DNA of 64,000 nt, taken from NCBI GenBank assembly GCA_963700145.1, contig OY969474.1:5056001-5120000 (forward strand), in the 5' to 3' direction. This document shows, in pieces, positions 38,973 to 47,800 of this stretch. Source of the stretch: an uncultured Acidobacteriota bacterium. Lineage in GTDB: Bacteria > Acidobacteriota > Thermoanaerobaculia > Multivoradales > UBA5704. The notes beneath the pieces were generated by a model. The model was not told the DNA's origin. It did not search any database and saw only the letters and a list, made by a program, of their open reading frames with translations. Made by a program: the position numbers and the translations under genes. Position 1 is the first letter of the stretch; each line of letters begins with the position of its first letter.

Positions 38973-39123
38973 CGGGTCTCCTCCGGGAGAGGCTTCTGGC
39001 CGCGGAAGCTATCGCAGGGAGTGGCCGCGAGGCCATCTGGGAGCGCGCGGCGCAGGCCAACGAGGCGTGGCTTGGAGAGGGTTGCCTTGGCCGCAGGTTG
39101 CCGCCTTGTGCACGGGCATTTCA

Positions 39124-39152
39124 TTGACTTAGGTAGGAAGACCGCGTAGGAT
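39124..39152 (+). promoter_or_regulatory. Sigma70-type promoter
   Basis: TTGACT-17 nt-TAGGAT in an AT-richer patch upstream of ORF 39277. Confidence 0.55.
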
Positions 39153-39276
39153 AAAACACAGCTGTGATCTTTCAACAGGAGGTGATGATCCACTCGGTTT
39201 GAAGTGTGGGGTCTGTCTTCGGACCCCCGTTAAGGCTCTTTGAAAAACCGCTCTGAACACAAAAGGAGCCGGATCC

Positions 39277-39555
39277 ATGGATCCGCTTACGCAGTTTGGG
39301 TGGGGATTCGCTGGAAGTGTAGCCCTTGAAATCCTGCTGCTACACCGCGTGGTCAGGTCGGGAAGATCAACCCCTAGGTACTTCAGAGGCGCCCGATACT
39401 GGGTAGTCTCTCTTCTTGTTGCGGTGGTCGCTGGAACCTTGGCTGTGGCAATGCAGGTACCTACGCCGCTACTGGCAATGCAGCTCGGCATCGCTACGCC
39501 CATGATCATCAGCCGTTGGTCGAAAGAGCGCCCGCTCGCTGAGGATCGCGGCTGA
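39277..39555 (+). CDS. Small 2-3 TM hypothetical protein (atypical codon usage)
   Basis: AAAAGGAG RBS; hydrophobic segments; promoter upstream and hairpin downstream. Confidence 0.7.
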   Translation: MDPLTQFGWGFAGSVALEILLLHRVVRSGRSTPRYFRGARYWVVSLLVAVVAGTLAVAMQVPTPLLAMQLGIATPMIISRWSKERPLAEDRG

Positions 39556-39563
39556 CTCACCTT

Positions 39564-39593
39564 GAGAGCGACGGGTTCCCACCCGTCGCTCTC
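39564..39593. terminator. Perfect 13-bp hairpin between convergent genes
   Basis: GAGAGCGACGGGT-TCCC-ACCCGTCGCTCTC; only a weak U-tract. Confidence 0.5.
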
Positions 39594-39689
39594 CCGTTTG
39601 GCCCTCCGTACAATCTATGACGGCGCACGCGGCCTTCGAGGCCGGGGGAAGCGCTGATCTAGCCGATCTACGGACGGCGCCAGCCCGGG

Positions 39690-40766
39690 TCAGTCGTGCG
39701 ACGCGGGGCCCTCCACGGGCTGCAGCCGCTCCTCGGCGGCCTTGCGCGCCGCCTCCTCGCGCGCGGCGCGCTCGACCTCCTCCTGGGCGTCGTTGTGCGC
39801 CAGCCGCGCCCGCTCGCGCTCGCCGAGGTCGACGGCGTCCTCCTCGGCGCGGGCCCGCGACTCGCGGCCGCGCAGCAGGGCCAGCGCCGCCTCGCCCTCC
39901 AGGCCGAAGAGCGAGCGCAGGTTGAGGTCGCGCTGCGGGAACGGCACCTCGAGCCCGTACTTGTCGAGCGCGGTCTCGAGCGCCCACAGGTACGCGGCCT
40001 GGACCGCGCTCGGCCGCTTGGTGGCCTCGGCCGTGAGCCAGACGACGAGCTCGAAGTCGAGGCTGCTGTCGCCGAACCCGACGAGCCAGACCTGCGGCCG
40101 GCGCGGGCCTTCCAGGGCGACGGTGAAGGGCACCTCGGCGGCCGCCTCGAGGGCGGCCTTCTTGACCAGCTCCTTGTCGCTGCCGTAGGCGATGGCGAAC
40201 GGGATGCGCATGCGCCGCGAGACGTCGCCGTGCGTCCAGTTGACCACCCGGCCGACCACGAACTCCGAGTTGGGCACCAGGATGTCGACGTTGTCGTTGG
40301 TCGAGATGAGGGTCGAGCGGATGTTGATGTCCCGCACCTCGCCGTGCAGGCCCGACTCGAGCTCGACGAAGTCGCCGACCCGCACGCTGCGCTCAAAGAG
40401 CAGGATGATCCCGGAGATGAAGTTGCTGAAGATCGCCTGCAGGCCGAACCCGAGGCCGACGCCGAGGGCCGCGGCCAGCACCGCGAAGCGGCTGGTCGGG
40501 ATGCCGAGGAAGCTCAGCGCGAGCATCACCCCGATGCCGTACAGCGCGTAGGTGGCGATGCGCGAGAGCGTGTAGAAGGCGGCGCGGCTGCGCATCTCGC
40601 GCTGCCCCGCGTGCCGCGCAAAGGCGCGCTGCATCGCCCGCGACAGCGCCCAGATGGCGAGGAAGGTGAGGACGGCGGCGATCACCCCGCCGACCGAGAA
40701 GGAGAACTGCCCCAGCTCGAAGCGGTAGGCGATGACCTGCTGGAGCTGCTCGCGCACGGAGCCCAT
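39690..40766 (-). CDS. Mechanosensitive channel, MscS family
   Basis: LGVGLGFGLQ.I.SNFISG, VGDFVE, VPNS, NWT motifs. Confidence 0.92.
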   Translation of the reverse strand: MGSVREQLQQVIAYRFELGQFSFSVGGVIAAVLTFLAIWALSRAMQRAFARHAGQREMRSRAAFYTLSRIATYALYGIGVMLALSFLGIPTSRFAVLAAALGVGLGFGLQAIFSNFISGIILLFERSVRVGDFVELESGLHGEVRDINIRSTLISTNDNVDILVPNSEFVVGRVVNWTHGDVSRRMRIPFAIAYGSDKELVKKAALEAAAEVPFTVALEGPRRPQVWLVGFGDSSLDFELVVWLTAEATKRPSAVQAAYLWALETALDKYGLEVPFPQRDLNLRSLFGLEGEAALALLRGRESRARAEEDAVDLGERERARLAHNDAQEEVERAAREEAARKAAEERLQPVEGPASHD

Positions 40767-40829
40767 AGGCTCAGGCGATCCTACCCCGGCGGCTCCAGCC
40801 GGCCGTGGGCTTTTCGCTAGACTCCATTC

Positions 40830-41279
40830 GTGCGCGTCTACCTCGACCTCTGCTGCCTCAAGAGGCCTTTCGACCTGCAGGAGGAGCCCCTTATCCGGCT
40901 TCAGACCGAGGCTGTGCTGAGCATCCTCGCCCTTCCGTCCGACACCGTCGAGCTCCTTCAAAGTCCGGCTCTCGTTCTGGAGAACAGCCTCAACCCGAAC
41001 CAGCCCCGCCGTGAGGCGGTCGGCCTCTTGCTGTCGCAGGCAGTTGACATCCCACTCAACGAGACCGACCTGTCCGCGCGCATCGAGGAGATCAACGCGA
41101 GGGGCTTCAAGACCTTCGATGCCTTTCATCTCGCGTGCGCAGAGCTATCTGGCGCCGCTGCTTTTCTCACCGTAGACCTTCAACTCCTTAGACTTGGATC
41201 GCGAATGCCAGGCGAGCTTCGGGTCAAGGTCACCGACCCCGTTCAATTCATCGAGGAGGTCTCCCAGTGGAAGCAATGA
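40830..41279 (+). CDS. PIN-domain (VapC-like) protein
   Basis: RVYLDLCCLKRPFD, E, DAFHLACAE, FLTVD acidic active-site pattern. Confidence 0.85.
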   Translation: MRVYLDLCCLKRPFDLQEEPLIRLQTEAVLSILALPSDTVELLQSPALVLENSLNPNQPRREAVGLLLSQAVDIPLNETDLSARIEEINARGFKTFDAFHLACAELSGAAAFLTVDLQLLRLGSRMPGELRVKVTDPVQFIEEVSQWKQ

Positions 41280-41479
41280 TCACGAATCAGAGTGAGCTGA
41301 GGGATCGTGGGTTTCGTGCCCTCGTGGAGGCCCTGGGCTGGGCCAACGCAGTCCGATTCCTGCGCCAGTATGACCCCGGCTCAGGAAACTACACCGAGGA
41401 ACGAAGAAACCTGCTGCCGGACTGGGATGCCTCCACCCTTATCCAAAAAGCCAAAGAGGTGCAGAAGCCGCGCGATTGA
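41267..41479 (+). CDS. Small putative antitoxin partner
   Basis: Overlaps the PIN gene; G..AL...LG...A.RF..Q...G.GNYT.ER pattern; GAGGAGG RBS. Confidence 0.7.
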   Translation: MEAMITNQSELRDRGFRALVEALGWANAVRFLRQYDPGSGNYTEERRNLLPDWDASTLIQKAKEVQKPRD

Positions 41480-41526
41480 TCTGTGAGCGGCCGCCTTTCC
41501 GTGCCGTATGCTGCTCGGAGACCGAC

Positions 41527-41724
41527 ATGACCGTCGACCCCATCGTCGAGGAGCTCGATCGACTGCGCGCGGAGCAGATGGCTCGGCTCAACTTCGATTT
41601 CGGGGCGTTCTACCGCGAGCTCCGGGAGCAGCAGAGCCTACTTACGCGCCCGGCGCTGCCTCCGCCGGAGTCGTCGCCGCGGCCGCGTGCCCGGCGCACG
41701 GTCCGCCCCGCCGGCCGCCGTTGA
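41527..41724 (+). CDS. Small hypothetical protein (DPIVEE..R family)
   Basis: GGAG RBS; MTVDPIVEELDRLRAEQMARLNFD. Confidence 0.6.
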   Translation: MTVDPIVEELDRLRAEQMARLNFDFGAFYRELREQQSLLTRPALPPPESSPRPRARRTVRPAGRR

Positions 41725-41782
41725 CGCTCGATCGTGAGGGGGTTGGCTTCGGGAGGGCGTTCTCTCTGCGAGGTTGAATACG

Positions 41783-42385
41783 ATGAAACTGAGACTGCCG
41801 CTCCTCGTCGTCGCCAGCGTCTTGCTTGCCGCCGCTGGGAAGCCGAGAACCTACATGGGCTACGCGGTGCGCGAGATGCAGTTTCCGATCGCCGGTGGGG
41901 AGGTCGTGTCGTTGCCCGTGACGGACGCAGGGCCGATTCCCGCGGAGAACCGGGCCTTCAAGATCGAGGTGGCCGGATTCTCGATCACGCCTGCGCTCTT
42001 CGAGCCCAAGAGAGCGACTCTCACCTGGCAGTTTTCGCTGACTGCGAAGAGCGGCAAGGCCTTGGATCGTGTCGTCGTGGAGGAGGTGTTCCCGAGCGAT
42101 ACCGCCCAGGTGCTGGTGGACGACCGGACGCCTGCCCTCAAGCACACGGCCCGCGAGCCGGGCCCTGGAGATCGCGCCGACCGATGGCTTGGCGTTACCG
42201 CCGGCGTCGAGCCGACCTCCGCCTCGACCCCTTGGCTCTTTACCGAGAAAGCTTCGATCTTCGTCTTCCGCTTCAGGATTCACCCGGCCGGCGGTGCCCC
42301 CGTCGTTCTCTACCAGCCGGCATGGTTCTCGTCCCCCGCCAAGGAGGCGTTCAGGCAGAACATCGCGCGCATCAACGGCGGCTGA
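41783..42385 (+). CDS. Hypothetical secreted beta-rich protein
   Basis: GAGG RBS; signal peptide MKLRLPLLVVASVLLAAA. Confidence 0.7.
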   Translation: MKLRLPLLVVASVLLAAAGKPRTYMGYAVREMQFPIAGGEVVSLPVTDAGPIPAENRAFKIEVAGFSITPALFEPKRATLTWQFSLTAKSGKALDRVVVEEVFPSDTAQVLVDDRTPALKHTAREPGPGDRADRWLGVTAGVEPTSASTPWLFTEKASIFVFRFRIHPAGGAPVVLYQPAWFSSPAKEAFRQNIARINGG

Positions 42386-42604
42386 CGAAGCGAGAGCCCA
42401 CTCTAGCGGCTGGGGCGCTCGGCTAAGGGATTCTCTAGCTCCCGCAGGCTTCGGATGATCAGCGCACGTCGAGAAAGGCAGCGGCAGCGCGGCGGGTGCT
42501 CGGGAAGGGGAGGTGTCGGCTCGAGGCGTTCGCGCCTCGTGCCTGCGGGCTGGAGCTGGATTCGCTCCTGGCGACGATAAGGCAATGGGAGGAGTGGCTG
42601 AGGC

Positions 42605-42830
42605 GAGACGGAGGAGCTTCGGCTGCGCGGCGAGCGGCAGCTCCTCGACGTGGTCGAGCACCAGCGTCCCGCCCGCGGCGCGCGCCACCCGCCCCTCGCT
42701 CGCGCGCTCGGCGCCGGTGAAGGCGCCGGGGCGGTAGCCGAAGAGCTCGCTCTCGAAGAGCGCGCTGGGGAAGGCGCCGGGGTCGACCTCGACGAGCGGC
42801 CCGCCGGCGCGCGGGCCGGCGGCGTGGAGG
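42605..42830 (-). pseudogene. Internal fragment of the sigma54-activator gene (copy of 31733-31958)
   Basis: Near-identical DNA in inverted orientation, encoding LHAAGPRA.GPLVEVDPG...GAFTGA...QPKLLRL. Confidence 0.9.
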
Positions 42831-43218
42831 CCGAGGTGCGTTTCCTGCAGCAGGCGGCGATCGACATCGTCTACTCGCACCACGAGCGCTGGGACGGGGC
42901 GGGTTACCCGCGCGGGCTGGCCGGGTCGGCGATCCCGCTGGCGGCGCGGATCTTCGCGGTGGTGGACACCTACGACGCGATCACCTCGGACCGGCCCTAC
43001 CGCCGGGCGCGCGGGCACGCGGCGGCGGTGGCGGAGCTGCAGCGCGTGGCGGGCACGCAGCTCGACCCCGAGATCGTCGAAGTCTTCGCCCGTCTCCCCG
43101 AAGTCGAGCTCCGCCGCCTCCGCGAGCGCTACCGCCACGTCCACCCCGGCCTCTCCCTGCCTGCCGAACTCTTCGACTCGCTGCTGGAGAGCGGCGTCCG
43201 CAAGCCGATCGCGCGCGA
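42829..43218 (+). pseudogene. 3' fragment of the HD-GYP gene (copy of about 33545-33934)
   Basis: AEVRFLQQAAIDIVYSHHERWDGAGYP...LLESGVR; fused directly to the sigma54 fragment; no start or HD motif. Confidence 0.9.
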
Positions 43219-43238
43219 AGAGAGCTTCGGCGGCAGGT

Positions 43239-43715
43239 CTACGAATCACCACGTCGTTTCTCGAGGTCCCCCGGCGAAGGGCCACCAAAGACCACATCGC
43301 CACCCGCTGCGATGCTGCTATTCGCGGCAGCCACGGCTCGGGTTCCTTGGGCAATGGCGCCATCTCCTTCGAGGTGGGCCCACGATGCGTGCGGACCGGC
43401 CGCCTCGAGCAATCTCGCGATCTCCTCCGCGAAGCTCGGATTGGCGACAAGAAGCTCCTCGACCTGGAGTTCGAGGGCTCCCTGAGCTCGCGGATCCGTG
43501 GGCCGCCGGATCACCTCCTCCACCGCGGCGCGCCCACTCTCCTTCGCCGCCACCTGCGGTTTGAGCCGACCCCAGAGCGCCTTCGCTCCTTCCCACACGC
43601 TCTCGCCCACCTTGTGAGCGATCTCTCCCGCCATCTTCCCTCCCGCCTGCTCGAGGTACGGCAGAAGCGGCACGAGCAGGCCGGTCACTTCACGGGCCAA
43701 CGCTGCGAAGTCCAT
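43239..43715 (-). CDS. Small helical (Bell-like) protein with C-terminal amyloid-like motif
   Basis: AAAGGAG RBS; colinear with the NLR N-terminus; C-terminal LEGDGAIAQGTRAVAAANSSIAAGGDVV. Confidence 0.8.
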   Translation of the reverse strand: MDFAALAREVTGLLVPLLPYLEQAGGKMAGEIAHKVGESVWEGAKALWGRLKPQVAAKESGRAAVEEVIRRPTDPRAQGALELQVEELLVANPSFAEEIARLLEAAGPHASWAHLEGDGAIAQGTRAVAAANSSIAAGGDVVFGGPSPGDLEKRRGDS

Positions 43716-43741
43716 TGCTGTCTCCTTTCTCGCCGACAGTG

Positions 43742-44881
43742 CTATTTCTTGGGAACCAGTCCCACGGTAGTGCCACACCACGGAGGCATCTTGCCGTTGA
43801 CAACGCTGCACATCGGATCACGCGTCAGCCGGCACGAGAAGCCAACCGGGCGATCCTCCAGGCAAAGCATTCGCAGCTCGCAGAAGAGCCGGGGACCGTC
43901 CGGCGGCTGGACCCAGGGAGCGAGCTGGACTCTCTCCTGGAGGACGTGCGGAGTCCCGCTGCGCAGCGCCGCCTCCACGTCTGCCGGGGTCGGGTGCAGG
44001 ACCACTCCGCGTCCCGCGACCTCGTTAGCCGGCTTGAGAACGAAGTCGACCCGTTCCGCCCACTCCCATGCGGTCTCCGCGGTCAGATTGACCGTCTCGG
44101 GCACTAAATCCGACACCTCGCGGAGCCACGGCAAGCTGCGTTTACCTAACATGAAGAACCAGTCGGGGTGCAGAACCCAATCGCGCGGCTGCCTGCAAAA
44201 TGCCTGGAAAACCTCCTCGTGCCCGGTCAGCTCGGTTTCGACAGGCAGGACCCGGGAGTAGATGCGACGCCGGGAGCTGTCGAGCCGCCGCAGCGTATCC
44301 CACGTCAGGTCGACAATCTCGACGTCGGCAATACTCTGCAGGACCAGAAAATCGGTACGCGAGCGCTGCTGGGAAGCGTCGATGTCCACTAGCACCGAAT
44401 CTCCGACGACGGAAATCAGGTGCTCGCAGTACTCCCGCCACGATCGGTAGCTGAGAAACGGCGTGCACCCCTCGACCACTTGCTCAGTGAGGAGGTGGCC
44501 GAACCAAGGCACGACTCCCATGAACGAGGACAGGCCCTGGCATTCGAGCAGTCGAGGAATGAGCTCTCCACCGCCTCCGAGGCCGAGGGCGAAATCGAAC
44601 TGAGACAGAGATGGAATATCGCCCCGTTGGCCACCACCGCGGTATTTTTCGGGTACCCACTTAGCAGCCTCTTTCCGGTAATCATCGCAACGGATACGCG
44701 CGAAGAACGCCGACACAGCGGCAGCGAGCCAACGTGCCAGACGGCGGGAAACGAAGACCGGGCTCGCGGCGAGTGGAAAGGTGATCTCTTCACCAGTGGC
44801 GGTGGCGATCTGGTCGCGGATCCGTTGTACTGCGGCGGCATCGAAGCTGCGATTAAACCGTGCGCGATGGGAGGTGATCAT
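43742..44881 (-). CDS. ATP-grasp-like (circularly permuted / glutathionylspermidine-synthase-like) ligase
   Basis: DF...PRLLECQG, HPDWFF..GK, FVLKP...GRGV, VLQERV, ELRM motifs; ATGA overlap with the NLR stop. Confidence 0.7.
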   Translation of the reverse strand: MITSHRARFNRSFDAAAVQRIRDQIATATGEEITFPLAASPVFVSRRLARWLAAAVSAFFARIRCDDYRKEAAKWVPEKYRGGGQRGDIPSLSQFDFALGLGGGGELIPRLLECQGLSSFMGVVPWFGHLLTEQVVEGCTPFLSYRSWREYCEHLISVVGDSVLVDIDASQQRSRTDFLVLQSIADVEIVDLTWDTLRRLDSSRRRIYSRVLPVETELTGHEEVFQAFCRQPRDWVLHPDWFFMLGKRSLPWLREVSDLVPETVNLTAETAWEWAERVDFVLKPANEVAGRGVVLHPTPADVEAALRSGTPHVLQERVQLAPWVQPPDGPRLFCELRMLCLEDRPVGFSCRLTRDPMCSVVNGKMPPWCGTTVGLVPKK

Positions 44882-47800
44882 GGAGGGTGGTGCAGCATGA
44901 CGCGGAACCCGATCCCTCCGTCCCGCACTCCAGGGTCGTACCAGGAACGGTAAGCGCAGCGGATGTACCGAGGGGTGCGAACATACGAGCCCCCGCGCAC
45001 AATGCGGAACACGGTCGCGGGAGCCTCCAGGTCCTCCCGTCCGTCCGCCAAATCGTAGGGGTACTTGAACGCAATCTCCAGGGGGTCCTCTCCCCAAAGG
45101 CTGCGCGTCCACTCCCACACGTTGCCGGCCATCTCCTCGCAGCCGTAGGGGCTCGCGCCGCCGGGGAAACAGCCGACGGGGCTCGGCCTGCCGATCCCAG
45201 TCAACCCGAAGCTGGCGCGGTCGGCGTCCACCCAGTCTCCCCAAGGATAGATTCTGCCGTCGGTTCCCCGGGCTGCCTTTTCCCATTCCGCCTCTGACGG
45301 CAACGACACCCGCCATTCCCCATCCGCGAGGCGTTGCCAAAAGTCACGTCTCTCGCGATCCAGTGGCTCGCTCAACCGCCGGCCGGCCAGCTCGCGCAGG
45401 CGCTCTCCCAACCATCGGCAGTACGCGAGGGCGTCATACCAGGTGATGTAGACCACCGGCTGGTTCAGCAGGCCCGCGAGGCACTTGCGATTTTCGAGTT
45501 CGTACGCACTCCGCTCCACGAACTCGGCGAACTGCTGCACTGTCACCGGATAGCGTGCGAGGGCGCAGTCGGCGACCTGCACGTAGTGTGGCGCCATCTC
45601 GTCGTCGCAGGCGTCGGCGTCTCGCGCTCTGTCGCTGCCCATCAGAAAGGCCCCCGCGGGCAGCTCGACGAAGCCCAGCGCCGGCTCCCGCGGCAGGTAA
45701 CAAAGCTCCGGGTCGAAGCGGGAATCGCCCAGCCGGGCGAGGCTCGTACCCGCCTGCGCCCGCTCGATGGCAGCGAAACCGAGGCGACCGTCGCGGATGA
45801 GACGGAGGAGGAACCGCTGGATGCGCTCAAGCTTGAGCCGGTTCGGCTCGCTTACGGTCTCCAGGTCGGCCGACTCGGCTAGGAGCTGTCCGGCGAGCTG
45901 GGCTCCCCAGGCGTCCGCCGCACCTGCTGCTCGGTCGTCAGGTTCCCGCCAACAGAGCGCTTCCGCCAGGCTCCATACCGTCGCCGCAGATCGGCGGGCC
46001 TCCTTCGCTCCCGCCAACAGCACGACCTCTCGCCAGCGGTCGTGCTCCGCCCGTCCCAGCCCCGCCACCCGGTCGGGAAATGAATCTCCGGTCAGATGGC
46101 AGGCGGCCAAATATTCCTGGAAGGTGCGGTGGAGGAACGTGTACACCCCCACGCCGCGGGACTCGAGAATCCCGGCCCGGTCGCGCAAGTATTCCACCAG
46201 ACGCTTGGGATTGGCTTCCGGGTTGCGGCTCAAGTGCATTAGCAGCGCCACCAGCCTGCCCTCGTCGATATCTGCCGTGCCGGCGGCCCCCGCCTGCGCC
46301 GTATGGACCTCGTAGGCTAGTTGCTGGAGGGCCCCGCGGACCTTCTCCATACCGGTGTCCAGGAACTCCGTGAGACTCGGGTGGGGCTTCCCGTTTGTGT
46401 CCAGGGTTACGCGCTGCCTCTCCCATGAACTGAGTAGCAGCTCCAGGGCTTCGGCGTAGAGTTCCTCACGCCGCTGCGGCAGTTCGCCCCCACGCGAGGC
46501 GTGAAGGTTGGCCATCAAAGTCAGCAGCAGCGGACGCTCCGCTAGCTCTCGCAACCGGGGATTGCCGAGGATGGACCGTTCGAGCTGCGCGGCCTGCGCC
46601 GACGCATCTTTGGGTACAAGTTGTCCTTTAGCCGCTTGGTGCGCGTACCAGGCGCGAACGAAGCGGCGGATCTGGCCCGTGCCGAAGGGTGCGAGCACGG
46701 CCTCAGAGAATCCCGGCAGACGCCACCTCTGGTTGCGATAGGCATAGGAGCGGCTCGTGAGGAGCACGCGGCATTTGCCGAACCCTTCGACAAAGGCCTC
46801 GACCACCTGGCGGATCTGATCGCGCCGGGTGTCGGCCTCGGGCACCTCGTCGAGGCCGTCGAGCAGCAGGAGACCACCGCGGGTGAGCAGCTCCCGCTTG
46901 AGGAAGGTGCAATATTCACCGAAGCCGGCCTCTCGCAGATCGCGCTCGAGAGCGTCCCAGAGGTCCTGGGCCGTCGCCTTGCGGCCTCGCTCCGGAAGCT
47001 TCGTCGCGAGATGACGCAGCACGACCCGCACTGGCAGGAGAGGACCGTGGTCCCAGGGCTGTCGCTCTCTCTCGGCATGGCCCTGCTCATCCGGCAGCGG
47101 CGCTGTCAACCGTTCCAAGTTAATCCCCGGCAGGCCGAGCACCTCGCCCGCATGGCAGAGGGCGACAAAGCTCACGAACGTGCTCTTGCCGCTGCCTGGC
47201 TCTCCTAGGAGGACAAGGCGCTCATGTCGATTCATTTCCTCGAGAGCGGAGGAAGGACGAGATGCCATCCGGTCTCCCCGCTCGTCGGCGGCGGCGTGCT
47301 CGGCCCGGGTCGACAACGCAGTGTAGACGGCCTCGAGATTCAGCCGAGCTTCGGAATCGGGTGCCGGGGCGGACTCCGCTGCAGCCAGCGAAATGAACCC
47401 GGTCTGCTCCGCTACGCGCCGGAGATAGGCGTCGCGGAGGGCCGCTTCACCGGTGTCGGCCGCTGGCATGCCGCCGATGATCGTCTGATTCTCGATGAGA
47501 TCCCGCCCTGCGGCCCTGCTCAGGCCGCTGGCCACCACATTGCCTTCCCCCTGCGCCAACGCTCCCGAGCCGCGCAGCAGGACGCGGTAGTTCGTATCTC
47601 CCGGAGAGTTCGCAGCGAACAGCTGCGCCATCTCGGCGGCGAGACCCGCGTCGCTATCCAGGATTTTCCGCAGTTCGACCCGCAGCGCCGCCTTGAGATC
47701 CGGATCCTGCGGCGTCACCGAGAGATCCTGCGCCACCTCGACAGCTTGGGGCTTGGCCCCGATCAATGGCCAGAGCCTCGTCCAAAGTCTCTCGCCCTGC

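Noticed and set aside
39199-39243. 14-codon TTG ORF MKCGVCLRTPVKAL with CxxC
   Set aside because: Too far from the SD-like sequence and it coincides with a hairpin, so it is unsupported as a CDS.
41642-43564. ORFs 41642-43450 and 42650-43564 as intact sigma54 or HD-GYP genes
   Set aside because: They are read-throughs across a chimeric junction of fragments and lack starts and key domains.
44878-45010. DGR variable region at the C-terminus of the FGE-sulfatase domain
   Set aside because: Such domains are known DGR targets, but I found no template repeat or reverse transcriptase in the window. A remote DGR cannot be excluded.
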